Source: Psammoneis japonica
Taxonomy: Eukaryota
Assembly: GCA_008632985.1 (NCBI GenBank)
Contig: QPGO01000025.1
Span: forward strand, 620,001 to 671,778
Length of the DNA: 51,778 bases
Direction of reading: 5' to 3'
The notes below the pieces were generated by a model. The model was not told the origin of the DNA. It saw only the letters and a list, made by a program, of their open reading frames with translations, and made no database searches. Shown here piece by piece: positions 12,677-25,308 of the stretch (positions within the stretch are counted from its first letter, which is position 1; each line of letters opens with the position of its first letter). The translations under genes were made by a program, and so were the position numbers.

Positions 12677-14415
12677 CTAGACGTCAATCGTCACAACCGT
12701 ATTCGGAGCATCTTCAAGACTACCCTTTTTCCCACACGCAGCACACTTGGGAGGAAATCGGATGTGCGTCTTGTTGATCAACGTGCAGTAGCGACATTGC
12801 CATTCACATGTTTGCGAGCGTTTCTGGCGCTTGTCGGTTGATTTCTTTTTACCGGATGTGCTCGTTCGAGATCTCTTGCTCGAATCCGAGACTGTAGGTG
12901 TGGTTGCAAAGAAACCAGTGAGTATTCCTGAAGATGAGACTTGAGCAGGTGGGTTGGCTGTCAGATTCGGTTGAGGAGCTGCACTCAAAGTGGATTGACT
13001 CGACGAGCTGACCATTGCGTTGGTTGACGGGATAGTGCTTGCCATCTCCGTGGGACGAGAGACGCTAGGCGTCGCTCCTAAAGCAGCAAGCGGGGCTTGA
13101 GCAGGAATTATCGGGACACTTGCCTGGGAAGAAGCGCTCGAGCTTTGTTGACTCAATGACTCATCAGATGTTGCCGCTGTAGGAGAGGGAACGGCTTTCT
13201 CTGAGGATGCTTCAATCACTGGCCTGTTCTCGTCGCCCACGCACGCATTCAATGCAGTAGCAGCGCTTTCAGCGTCCACTGGCTTAGACCGACTAGCAGT
13301 CTTCCCAGCCCTTTTTCTCCCTTCCTGGATAAGCTTGGAAAAGTTGGCTTTCATTTCAGCGTCAAATGCCGGATTTCCGCTGGTGATTTGGGTGGAAGGC
13401 TCGTCACCCGCCGCTGCGCGGCTGCGGTTGAGTCGGCTCATACACGAGTCAGCATCCGTGAACTTTGATTTTCTCGCTTCCGTCTGAACACAAAATGCAG
13501 AGAAGAATGAGAAAGTAGAGTCAGCAAATCAATAGTAACCGCAGATAACATGTGGAATATTCTCTGAAGACTTACTCGGCGGGCACGTTCGCGTCGTGTC
13601 ACTTCTGCAACAAGTTCTTGAACCGATCGAGGGGAAAAAGAATCACACTCTGCATTGTAGAGATTCAAGAATTCCTCGTGACGGGCCTTGAGTTCCTTGT
13701 CACTACCACTCGTGCTTAATCCATCCTTTGCACAAAGCTCTGCTAGCTTCTTTCGGTTGAGAAACTTATAGACAACTTTTGGTCGCTTCTCGAGACGACG
13801 TGTCTCTTTGCAGGGTTGTTCTGCTTTCTGTTCGAGAGCTTCTTCTTCTTCTTCTTCATCTGTAGATTTCTGTGGGTTTTGTAGACGCGTCGACCTTCTT
13901 GGGCTTATGATATGGCCTCCCTGGTCGCGGGTTACTGCAGAAGGTTCTGCTGCAGCGGCAGAGCCACCCGTCTGATGGGAGGCAAGCTCGCATAGATCTC
14001 TTCTCAGACCTGCTCGGAGAGACTGGTAGTTTTCCGAAATAGTCTGAATTGATCGATTGGGAATCAAATACTTGCTATCGGATACGCTTGTGTTGATTTT
14101 CTCTTTACAACTGGGACAAAAGGCGGTTCGACTCGTCCTAGAGCTGCAGCTTTTGAAATGGCTTCGAATGCACTCGCTGCAAAACGTGTGATGACACGGA
14201 ATCAGAGAAACAGGGTTGCGGAAGAACTCCCCGCAGCAAGGACAACGCAAAGAATTATCAAGGTCTCCCAGCTTTTGATGGAGTGGATTTGAAGCGGAGA
14301 GAGGAGGGGCCTTCCATATGTTTTCGTCGAACTCTTCGACGGAAACTTGTGCAAGTGTCGGATTGAGAGTTGCCTCACCGGAGGCACTCGGTACGTGTGC
14401 AGTTTCTCTATCCAT
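12677..14415 (-). CDS. RAD18: RAD18-like RING/SAP E3 ubiquitin ligase with C-terminal RanBP2-type zinc finger
   Basis: C3HC4 RING CPCCGEFFRNPVSLIPCHHTFCSECIR...CPSC; SAP-like segment LAELCAKDGLSTSGSDKELKARHEEFLNLYNAECDS; intron 13484..13575 (GTAAGT...TTCAG); exon 2 ends with WQCRYCTLIN...CAACG. Confidence 0.82.
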
Positions 14416-14877
14416 TTCGCACGCAATCAAAAAGCACTCTTGAAATAAGAGCACTGATGGTGGAGGGTATTGACAACAAAACGATGATTGAGAAAAGAGA
14501 TCGCCGTTGCGGCTGTTGTTTGTGCTGTTGCCGAATAAAGCGAAAGGTCGGTATGGGCATGGCGCATGGCGGTGCGCCACGTCCCCCTCATCGCATCAAC
14601 GCGCCGCGCCAACTTCGAATACATCGTAGAACCTGGTACATCCCTACAGGAGTTTCAGGAAATATCTACAATCATGAATTCGATCATTCAACTATTTATC
14701 CTCAATACGGAATATTCTACATAAAGTTTCGGTTTCAGTCCCAAAAACTGCGCGTTCAGTCCCGGGTCCGAGTCTGTCAACAAGTTTCGTTGTTTGAAAA
14801 ACTTCGACCACTCCACGATAACGTTCGTTTTCGAAACCAAGGAGTACCGGTCATAAGGAGAGATACCAGCAAGGGGA

Positions 14878-15321
14878 ATGGCCGATGAAACAAAGACAAT
14901 GTATTACTCATCGACAGGCTTGACGACGGAGATATTCAGCGATCCAGGTGTCGAACTGGGTTTCAAAGTTGCGGGTGAAGTGTTGTCAAGGGCGGAGTAT
15001 CGGCCGTTTCACGAAAGAACCAGTGACGACCCGTCCAATTCTCCTCGCTCGGTGCTGAACCACTCGGATGAAGATCCAACGGAAAAACAAAGTATTTTAC
15101 TTCCTTTGTTTGCAGAACTACGAGCCGACCGGATGGTACGATCAGCGTTTGAACGACGAACACCAGGGAATTGTTCCTTGTCGATAGCTTTTCGAAAGGC
15201 CGCATCAAAATTCAAAGAGCCCGCCCGCAGTGACCATGGCAAGAGGAAGCGTGCTTCACTCAAAAAGACAAGCAGAGCGTCTGCAACGCGTGCTCGTAGA
15301 TTCCATTCCTTCGAAGCATAA
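14878..15321 (+). CDS. Hypothetical protein with basic C-terminus
   Basis: ATG-initiated 147-aa ORF of normal composition, divergent from RAD18. No recognisable motif. Confidence 0.4.
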   Translation: MADETKTMYYSSTGLTTEIFSDPGVELGFKVAGEVLSRAEYRPFHERTSDDPSNSPRSVLNHSDEDPTEKQSILLPLFAELRADRMVRSAFERRTPGNCSLSIAFRKAASKFKEPARSDHGKRKRASLKKTSRASATRARRFHSFEA

Positions 15322-15505
15322 ACCCGCGAAGATAATATTGTTATGTTAAACCGAAGGTCAGCCTGAAGGGAAGCAAGGACGTTCGAGAATAACCATCCAG
15401 TACACAGACATCAATCCAGTATCGACTTTTAATTGCATAGATAAGAGCAATAGATTCAGCCTTTCACACCACTGTTCGATCGAACACGCTCTTTCTGTAG
15501 CGCCA

Positions 15506-16567
15506 TCATTCCAAGTCGCCACCAGCACTGGAAATCGATGGAGAAGCATCCTTCAGGGCGGTCGCTACTGAGGGATTCTTCCAACTTTTGGGTTCCAAAA
15601 GTGCTTCTTTTAGTGTACGAGTAAGATCCTGTAGTGTCCCCTCGTTCTGTATACAAGCAGTTACGTAGCCTTTTGCAACTTCTTCCTCCAAATTACCAAC
15701 TCCGCGACGTTTTTCTTGAGCGTCCATACGCTTTTCCGCATCCTCCTTGGTTAGTCCCCGGTTTGCTACTAATCGGTCTAGCGCTGTGGATCGTAATGTC
15801 GTAACGACCCATAGTCCATCAAGCAAATCCTCCCACCCCGCATCTAACAGCATTGCAGCCTCCAGCACGATCACTGGAGTTGAGGCCCTGTCGAATTCAC
15901 TAGTCCTTAAATCTGCTATGCGCTTCTTGACTTCCTCCTTGACATGTGGCCAAACAATGTGCTCTAGTTTCTACAAGAGAGGATAAAACCAGCAACACAC
16001 ACAATTGTTAGACGACTCGACTCGCATATCAATCACGAATCATACATGTCACAACACAACATACCGACATTGCACTAGGATCCGAAAAGACGATCCTTCC
16101 CAGTCGCTTCCGAACAACTTCGCCATTCTCATTTAGTATATCCTCTCCAAATTCCTTTGCTATTTCTTGAAGCGCCTGGCTTCCGGGTTCGTACACGACA
16201 TGGGCTACAGAGTCCGCATCTACGCCACGAGAGAAGAATCGGCAGTTGAAAAAAGTGAAAAACCATTTCGTGAATAGGGCGACCACACAAAGACGTCGTG
16301 AATTTTCTTACCAATATGGGCAACACATGCCAAATCTGAAACAAGAAGTTTGCACGCTTGGCTTTTCCCTGACCCAATCCCTCCACAAACACCAAGAACA
16401 AAAAGCGGAGCATTTTCGTCATCTTCCGTTTTACTCATCTTCTGTACGGTACGTGAGGGGCGAGAACAAGTCACTCTGGGAGACGCAGAAACAATCCAGC
16501 CTTTCGAAACTGGTAAAGAAATGAAAACAAGTAGACACTGTAGCAATAAGGCGGATGATGGACCCAT
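15506..16567 (-). CDS. coaE: Dephospho-CoA kinase (CoaE/DPCK) with probable bipartite plastid-targeting presequence; 3 exons
   Basis: VLGVCGGIGSGKS P-loop; DADSVAHVVYEPG...RKRLGRIVFSD; LEHIVWPHV; IVLEAAMLLDAGW. N-terminal signal peptide ending ...SKG|WIV, followed by an S/R-rich transit-like stretch. Confidence 0.9.
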
Positions 16568-17877
16568 TGGTCTAAGTTGTTAAGACTTTCGGCAGCAACT
16601 TTACTTCCAACTTGACCTGGCGCCTGGCGGAAGCTTCAAGCGGCTTCGCAAGTCGCAAAACAAGGACCTGCGAACCAGAACCCGGAAACCCAAGCGGAAA
16701 AAACCGACGTTGGAGTTTCGGTCAGTGCTGTGACGAAATGTGATTCCGTATTCCATTAGGAGCACCGCTGGAAAGAAGGAACTTTGATTTTGAAATCCGT
16801 TTTCTCCCTCCAAACTCCACGAACCCGCGAAAACCGACATGCACCCGCCGATCACCGACCAAACGGAAGAACAGAACCCATGAAACCCAAAACGAAGCCA
16901 CCCTTGCATCATCCGCTTTCTCAACGACACACCGGCATTCACCTGGTGTGGTTCCCTTCACCATCGACCACCTGGCAGCCCCCCACTGCATTGCTCACCG
17001 CCTTCTCTCAGGGGCCAACCATGAACACCCCATCCCTGCCCTGTCAGCCCCACCCTGGAACACTGAATTCTCTTTCCAACATCCAGCTGCCCATGCTGCG
17101 TGCGCTCATGCCAAATCATCGCCGTCTGCCATCCTCCCTCTGCTGCCACACCACCGCTTGGCAAAACACATGCCCGCCGCACGCTTCGGCCTGCTGAACC
17201 ACCACACTTTTGCTCAATCACAATGGGGCCTTCAAAGCCTGAGCCTTGCAATTGCCAAATCGCTCGCTGACCAACACTGACCCAATGCTCCGCCAAATTG
17301 CAGCCCCAGCTCTCCAACCCACCCAACCCAAAACCCATCCCTTTTCCTGCCTGCATGATGACTCAGCAGCCATGAGAAAGTCAGGTTGTCTGGCCATGAC
17401 TCAGCGGTGGGAGGGTGGTGCAATCTCTGCTCCAGCTGGCTGCTCCACTCTCTCTCCAGTGTCCAGCCCACCAAGCACCTCACAGTTGAAGTAAAAACCT
17501 CAATTGAGGCAGTTTTTTGACCCCCCTCGATGAATCGACAAAACGTTCGTAGCCCTCAAGTGACATTAGAATGTTGTTCTCAATGCTTCAAAACCTCTTG
17601 AGGCAACAATCAGGCTCTTTGTTTGCTGTTGACCACACATTTTCTTCTTCACCTTGCAACAAGCACATGACATGAAACATGTGTTAAATGCAAGATGACA
17701 TGGTGGTTGAAATCTTGTCAAAAGGTTGTTGTGAATGTGATGGGCCACTTTTGCACCCCAAGTTTGTGGCCATTTTGTGGATCTCAAGATTCAAATTTGG
17801 TGCAAGTGAGTGCATTGCACATGCAAAGCAAAAGGTGTTGCGAGCATTGCAATGGCTTTGTTGTCATTGCAAAGACT

Positions 17878-18790
17878 GCAACCAACCAACCAAACCACTG
17901 AGAATTGAGGGCATTGAGGGTCTCACTTGGAACCAAAGGAACACTTTGAGAACAGTGGTTTGGCGCCATTGCAAGGCTCATCTGGTGCATTTGCAGCCAC
18001 CAGCAGTCACTTGATCCACGCCAGAGTGAGAGCTGAAACTCCTGACTCCAGAGTTAAAAGACACACTGATGCAACCAACCAACCAAACAACTGCAGGCTG
18101 AGGGGATTGAAGGTCACCAGTGGACCCCAGGGATCACTTTGAGAATGGTGGTGGAGTGTTGCAAGGTTCATCTGGCAAAGTTTCTCCCACCAGTCACTCA
18201 CAATCCATGCCAGAGTGAGAGATGAGACTCCTGACTCCAGAGTCAAATGACACACTGATGCAACCAAACAACACAACAGCTGCATGCTGAGGGCATTGAA
18301 GGTCTTCATGGGGCCCCAGGTGACACTTTGAAAATGGTGGTGGAGTGTTGCAAGGCTCATCTGGTGTGGTTGCTGCCACCACCAATCACTTGCAATCCAT
18401 GCCACTGGAGCAAGAGCTGCAAAACTCTCGTGACTCCAGAGTGAAAGGACACACTGACACAGCAAACCAACCCAACAACTGAAATCCAAGGACATTGAAG
18501 GTCTCCAGTGGAGCCAAGGAAACACTTTAAAATGTTGCTGGGGCATCAAACAAGAGCTCATCTGGTGCAGTTGCAGCCAACAGTCATTCAATCCATTCCA
18601 GAGTGAGACCTAAAACTGCTGAATCCAAAGTGAAAGAGGGCCCTGATGCAGCCATCCAACCCAGCAACTGCAGGCTGAGGGCATTGACAGTCTTCAGCAA
18701 AACTCATGGAACAGCTTGAGAAATGTGGTGGATTGTTGCAAGGCTTGCCAACAACCAACCCAACAACTGCATGCTGAGGGCATTAAAGAC
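17878..18790. repeat. Degenerate tandem array, unit about 190 bp, 4-5 copies
   Basis: Recurrent gcaaccaaccaa..aactgca.gctgagggcattgaaggtc...acactttga.aa...gcaaggctcatctgg...gactccagagt. Confidence 0.8.
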
Positions 18791-20059
18791 AAGTTCGGTG
18801 CCCTGCAGAAAACAGCAGATTTGAACAATGTTCCTCTTCCAAGCACACTTGTGGATGATGGTTTGCACAGCAGAGCAAAGATTCTCTTTTGCAAACCAGC
18901 CAGCAGAGCATTTTTTAATGCACGCAATGACACCCCAGCATGCGGTGCGAACCAAGCATTTGCCTTGCCCAAACCTTTTGCCATTGTGCTTTGTGCGTGT
19001 GCATGCAGCCCACATTCAGCCTTTGTGCTGCAACATTGCAATGAGACCGGTTTTGGTGCATTTTGTCAAATCAACCATTTTTTGAAACCATCAGCATTGG
19101 GGACAAAGGGTGGCCCACATCATGGCCAGATGACCTGACTTTCCCACAGCTTCATTTTGCTGTGATTTGTCGAGTGTTTGAAAAACAGCTTTTTCGATGT
19201 CAATGCCCACAAAAACATCCACAATGCCCACGCACATTGCCTGGCCTTGTTTGAGCCATTCTTTTTCATTTTTGTTCATTGAAGACATGGGTGTCACTTT
19301 GAGGAGGTTGACTGGCCAGGTGAGGCCCTTCTTGGTTTGGCAAGAAATGGTGCTGTGGTTTTGTGGCAATCGAGGGTCTTTTTGCTGGTGCCCTCCATTT
19401 CTGAGTGGAAAAACCCATGCTCTGATGTTCATTTGTTCCTGTTGCCTCCTCTGAGGATGTCCATTGCTGTCATTGACTGACCGCAGTCACAAAAAGTTTC
19501 CCCTGTCTTGGCCATGCTGTCGTTTGTCGGAAGCAATGCACTCAACGCCGATGTTTCAGCGCGCCATTGCTGTTCAGTGCTGACAATCCCACCAATCCAG
19601 TCAAGGTCTTCTGTGCAGCAGCATCCAAAACAAAAGATGAGTGAGCAGTCAGCCACCTGACCTCAGAGATGCAAGTGATGCATCTGGCATTTCTTCTTGT
19701 TGCACCTCTGTGGACCATTCCCTCATGTCATTTTTGGTGTGTTCTCTCAGCGAGTCAAAAGGCAAAAGTGCTTGTCATGCTTTCTCTTTGACTCATTTCA
19801 TTGCACACCTCAATGGCTCACACATTCACTTGAGACTGTGCGCAAATCATCCAGGGTGTTGACAAAGCAGCCAGCGCACAAGTGTGAGTGAATTGACTGC
19901 CGCAAAAATCAAGTTGGCTGCTGCTTTTGCTTTCTTTGTGCACGTTTTGGCTGCAGCGTGTCATTCCCATTGCTTTCTTTGTACAAAATTGGCTGTGACA
20001 TTTGCTGCAAATGACATGTCAATCATCCATTCAATGAAAACTGTGCAGACAGCAGGAGA

Positions 20060-20625
20060 GACCCGCCACCTCCGACAACAACGACTGAGTGTGTGTGGTG
20101 CATCAAAAAATGCAGTGTTCTGGCCTCTTGTGCTGCACCTCCAAGACCACAAATTGCAGCAGATCAGATGTGTGTCACGTCACAACAACCCAAAGAAATG
20201 ATGGATGCCCCATTTTGACATTCTGTGTTGCTTCTGGCCCCACGAGCGACCCGCCACCTCCGGCAACAATGACCAAGTGTGTCCAAAAAATGCAGTGTTC
20301 TGGCCAATTGCTGCACCTCCAAGACCACAAATTGCAGCAGATCAAATGTGTGTCTTGTCATGACAACTCAAATCAATGATGGATGCCCTGTTTTGACACT
20401 CTGCATCGTTTCCAGCCCCACAAGCGACCGGCAACTGCCGACCGAGAACCAAAGCGTGAAAAAAATGTGTTGTGTTCCGGCCTCTTGCTGCACCACCAAA
20501 ACCACATGTTGCAATGGCTCAAGCATGTGTCTTGTCATGACAACCCAAAGCAACACTGGATGCCCTGTTGCAGTTTTCTGCATCGTTTCCAGCCCCACAA
20601 GCAGCCGGCAACCAACGACCAGAGA
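20060..20625. repeat. Degenerate tandem array, unit about 178 bp, 3 copies
   Basis: Recurrent aaaaaatgcagtgttctggcc...gctgcacctccaagaccacaaattgcagcagatca...gatggatgccc...gccccac.agcgacc. Confidence 0.85.
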
Positions 20626-21436
20626 AAACAAAAAAAACCTCCACGTCCATCTGGGTGCCAAAGAAACACGAAACCTTTGAAAGATGCCAACAACAAAACA
20701 ACTGCACCACCAAACTCAGCACACTCGAACTGCCTTTCACCAATGTCTGACGCCAAAATGTCGTCCCTCTGATGGCTGGTTGATGAGTGGAGCCAAGTTT
20801 TGGAGACAAAAACAACCACACCCTGCCCACACAAATGCAAAAGAAACTCAAAAGCTTTTGAAGACACCAACAAAAACAAAACACCACTGTGCTCACCATG
20901 TTTGAATTACCTTGTGCCAATGCTCTTGCCGCTGCGACATTGTCCCAGTTGCGGGCAGGCACTCAACGCCTCCATTTGAACAAACACATGTCCAACGCTT
21001 TTGCTGTGATTCATTGAATGGCCAAACAAACAGCTTTCCGACGACAATGCCCACAAAAACATGCACAATGCCCACAATTCGCGAATCAATGCCCAAGCTC
21101 AACGCATTCTTGCTCTAATTGGGCAGGAACTCAACGCCTCCATTAAAATAAATGTGTGTCCATCGCTTGAAGCTACTGCAGCGCAGCGCAGCGCAGCAGC
21201 AAGTGCTGTAAGTAAGCAACGCAAGGTCCACCTTACTCCGCGTCTGTCCCCCCCCGCGCGCCACTACTAGCTGACGTTGCAGCACGTGAACCCCCATTTT
21301 CGCGTAACCTTACCCTTACCGCCAAAAAATCTCGCACCTCGCACCTCCCATTTTCACGGTTGTCTTGTTCTGAGGTCCACCGTATAAATACGATAAATAG
21401 CATTTGAAATCAACTCGGCAAGTGCGAACTGCAGCA

Positions 21437-22270
21437 ATGGTGAACGAGGATCAGCACTCGGATCTTTTGGAGGCGTTGCGAAAAGCTGTAGAAACCCCCA
21501 ATGATAAGAACCAGAGTGCAGCTGCTTGCGGATCCGATTCCGATGGTCGCAAGTACAAGACTTTGCAGGAAATGTGGCAAGCTCAAGGATGGACTGAGAA
21601 TGGAGGTCAATCAACACGTGAATGGTACGAGAAAGCGGCTGATTACTACGAAGAGAACTGTCCTTCCACTTTAGACGGTGTGCTGGGTGGATTCGCTTCG
21701 ATTTCAGATCAAGATATAAAAGGTTCGCGACAATTTTTAAACGGATTAAATCGAGATTGGGCCAGTGGAGCAGCTTGCGAATGCGGAGCAGGAATCGGGC
21801 GTGTTAGCAAGGGCTTGCTCTTGCCATTGGGAGTAACTCAATGTGACCTAGTCGAGTCCTCATCGCGGTTGTTGGCGGAGGCTCCAAATTATTTGGGAGA
21901 CAATGCTGCCAAGTGTCGATTTTTCTGCACTGGACTACAAGAATGGGAACCAGCCGCCGATAGATACATGGTGATTTGGATTCAGTGGGTGTTATGCTAC
22001 CTAACAGATATTGATTGTGTAGCATTCCTAAGAAAATGTGGAACGAGTCTGCGTCCAAACGGAGTGATTTGCATAAAGGAAAACACATGCGCGGACGAAG
22101 CTTTTGTCGTCGATACGGATGATGCCTCAGTCACAAGATCGGTACCTTATTTACTGAAGCTTGCTGAAGAAGCGGGATTGCGTCTCGTCTGTAAAGAAAT
22201 GCAAGACGATTTTCCCGACGAAATCTTCCCCGTCCCCATGTTAGCATTCGATGTGAAACCGTCATCGTGA
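21437..22270 (+). CDS. NTMT1: Alpha-N-terminal protein methyltransferase (NTMT1/Tae1 family)
   Basis: WYEKAADYY...TLDGVLGGF, ECGAGIGRVSKGLL, DLVE, IWIQWVLCYLTD, IKEN, DDASVTRS and FPDEIFPVPM. Confidence 0.92.
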   Translation: MVNEDQHSDLLEALRKAVETPNDKNQSAAACGSDSDGRKYKTLQEMWQAQGWTENGGQSTREWYEKAADYYEENCPSTLDGVLGGFASISDQDIKGSRQFLNGLNRDWASGAACECGAGIGRVSKGLLLPLGVTQCDLVESSSRLLAEAPNYLGDNAAKCRFFCTGLQEWEPAADRYMVIWIQWVLCYLTDIDCVAFLRKCGTSLRPNGVICIKENTCADEAFVVDTDDASVTRSVPYLLKLAEEAGLRLVCKEMQDDFPDEIFPVPMLAFDVKPSS

Positions 22271-22981
22271 GAACAGCGCGACACGAGTCAATTCCTACTG
22301 GTGGTCTAACGTGCTTGAACTGATGCTGATTTGCAGAACGGACACGGACAAATCAAACGGAGAATACAGTGGCACGGCAACACATGAACGCCCCGAGTCG
22401 AAATCACATTGAATCCTTAAACGTTGCCATTGCGGTTGTTGACCTGGTCCGCCAACTTCACTCCACGACCTATTCCCTGTCACCATCCACCTCACTGAAT
22501 GTCAATGGTAGAACCGAAGAATGAACATGGCTTCTCCAGGAAAAGAAGATGATGAAGGCTGTTGGCCACCGGCTGTGAATCTCTTGCATGCTCCCGGGTC
22601 GCCCCACTTTCAAGACAAGACATTGGCATGATTGGATCAAGCGCAGGGAAAGCCGCTGTAAGGATATGCGGTTTGATGATTGCTTGGCACTATTGCTTCA
22701 GGAAAAGGATGCTTTCTCGAAGGTTTTTTTCGTTTGACTATAATGAAGAAGACGAGACCGTTGAAATCACGCGGAAAGCGAGAAAGACCGACACACTGCA
22801 AGAAAAAGTCGGGTGCATGACGCTAGAAGATCCAGTTGTATCTTCCAGGTATTTTTTTATATTACACACGGGTCGTTGGTTGTAGTAATTATAGTGGCCG
22901 CTGCGTCTTTCTCTTGTTGACTCTATCTCTAGTGGCGTCGTGGCCTGTCTTAGGTGTGCGGACGACTTCAACCCTAGACCA

Positions 22982-23286
22982 TTGTCCTTCGACAAGGATG
23001 ACTTGAAAGCATTTCACTTTGACGGAGAATTTTGCTACACTATGGATGTAAAAGAGAAAGGTCCACCAACAATGCGGCGTATAGACGACAAGCCCGAGAT
23101 TTGGATGACCTCGTTTTTGGGGTACGATCCACATCGTTGTCCTTCGACAAGGATGACTTGAAAGTATTTTACTTTTACGGAGAATTTTGCTAGTCTACAC
23201 CATGGATTAAAAAGAGAAATGTCCACCAATAGTGCAGCATGTAAGCCCGAGGTTTTGATGACTACATTGTTGGGGTGCGATCCACC
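22982..23286 (+). repeat. Tandem duplication (2 x about 155 bp) within decayed coding-like DNA spanning about 22.5-24.2 kb
   Basis: ttgtccttcgacaaggatgacttgaaag...ggagaattttgcta...cgatccac starts at 22982 and again at 23137. Confidence 0.85.
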
Positions 23287-24213
23287 TCTGATCACTGATG
23301 AGTATGATGAGAACGCTGGGAAGCTTTCTACCAACGTTTGGGTCGCACGAATCGAGTTTGTGGCTTTCTCGGCACGTTTCGCAGAGTTTATGAACTTGGC
23401 CTAGCCTCTGAATTGCGTTGTCCTCGGAGGATGCTGGTGCGCCTTGAAGTACTTCATGGTGTGTATGAGCACCACCTTTGGCATGCCGAATGCCTGTTAG
23501 GCGTGTCAGAGGCCTACTGTCGTCAGTCCCCTGTGCAAGAAGCCACACTTTGTTCCCAGGATTATGTTCCTTGTATAAGTACCTATAAAAAAGACGACGA
23601 AAAAGGCATTGACCCAAGCTAGACTACACCCCGCACACTTCTTCCGAGGATGCACTCTTCAGATAGTATGTGTGGCTTTTGTTACTAGCCCGAAAGCAGT
23701 GACAGATCGAAGTTGACTACAGCACACGACGAGGAAAGCCTACCCTAGAGGGTTACCATACGTATTGTTGTTCGGGGCTTTTGGTTGTCGCCGAATGATC
23801 CCTCTCTACATGATTGGGCCTGCGCATAAGGATGTGCGAAAGAGGATCGGGGAAGTCTTCTAAAAGGAGTCCTGCAAGAGTACTACCAAGCATTTCATCC
23901 ATTCTCTGGACCAGCACGTCGAAGCCCTTGTACATCAATGGAAGGTTATGGGAGATGACTATGTAACGTCTATTGGTAGGTCATGATCGTTCCTTTGCCC
24001 AACTCTCGAGTTCTACTTCAGAGCTTGAACGAAGAGATTGTAGAGGCGTTGAGTTTCGCAAGGGCGCCGATTGGTCCGAACAAATGCCTTCCGCCGAAGG
24101 TTATGAGAGCTATTGACACAAGGTGGATGGATAGGAACGATGCGACTGAGCTGGTTGAGCTGAATGCCATAAAGCTATGGAGTGAATTAAAACAAGCTGT
24201 ATGTACTTCTAGA

Positions 24214-24953
24214 TTATGACTCTTGAGGGAGAACATCACGATTAAGCACAACCAATCCTTCTGTTGTTGCGTGTACTAACTCTTCTCCTCCAATCGGATC
24301 AACAAGCTTTGCGTAGATCGATACCTTGCGTCGCTCAATTCTGACAATTTCCGCCACCACCAACAGATGCGAGTTCACCATAATTGGACGTTTCAGAGAC
24401 GTATTGACTTGCACAGTAAAACCACTCCATGGCAGGCACTTTCCGGTAACGCAAAAAGCACACCAGCCAACGATATCGTCCATGATACTACACATGCTCC
24501 CGCCATGACAAAAGCCCTTGTGCGACTCGGCTCGCTTTGTAAAGTGAGCAGCACCGACTAATTTCGTCCCGACACCTCCAGAATCGTTGCCATTAATACC
24601 TTCTCCATCCGCGTACTCCACACGATATTCTAACATTCTTACAGGAGCCTTGTCGCTGTGAACCAGATCGGTTCCCTAAAGTCACGGATCGAAAAACGGC
24701 GGAATTTTTTGTTCAGTTCCCAGTTCCCATGTTATGCAATGAGAAATATCCTATATCCTATGAGCTAAAGAAAACCTACCCTCCATCCATTCTTCTCTCG
24801 ATACCTCTTATCCTCCCACTCTGGAATCGACAAGCGTTCCCCAAATGATTCGTAGTTCTTCTCAAACCACTCAGGCACATCCGCTGGAGAAGACGAAAAA
24901 GTTTCGTCGGTTGTTGGCTCGAGAACTTCAGCCGAGGGAGACAACACCGTCAT
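24214..24953 (-). CDS. HotDog-fold thioesterase (THEM4/PaaI-like), 2 exons
   Basis: AESHKGFCHGGSMCSIMDDIVGW...FTVQVNTSLKRPI. Intron at about 24677-24779 (GTAGGT...TTTAG). Confidence 0.82.
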
Positions 24954-25308
24954 TCTTGAGAAACGACAATAGATCTGCAGAGAATAAAGTGGGGTTGGGC
25001 GGGAGGAGTTGCTCAATGGAGTTGCTATCCCGTGGTTGAGAATTCAGGCGTCGCGTCATTGTGGACCTTTCTTGTTCGTGTTTTGTCCGTGTTACGTCAT
25101 GCTTTCATCGCGCGATTCAAAGCCGCGCGAACAAGAATCAATGGGAATCATTCGGGTCCTGAGAGTCATCACGTAGAAATTGTGTAGGAGAGTACTAAAA
25201 ATAATTATTATCAGTCTGTCCATCCATCCGTATACGAATGTCAACTTCTCGGGAAATCAATTGAAATGCCATCTGATTGACGGTATTTTGATTCACATGG
25301 TGAAGGCC

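Larger units (their letters stand above)
16790..21110. mobile_element. TpA-depleted composite repeat block, probably non-autonomous TE remnants with internal tandem arrays
   Basis: Near absence of TA outside TTA/TAA contexts. Contains two tandem arrays, a short inverted repeat pair and direct repeat pairs. Confidence 0.6.

Noticed and set aside
17878..20625. Repeat arrays as possible CRISPR arrays
   Set aside because: The units are 180-190 bp degenerate tandem copies without unique spacers, there are no cas genes, and the context is eukaryotic.
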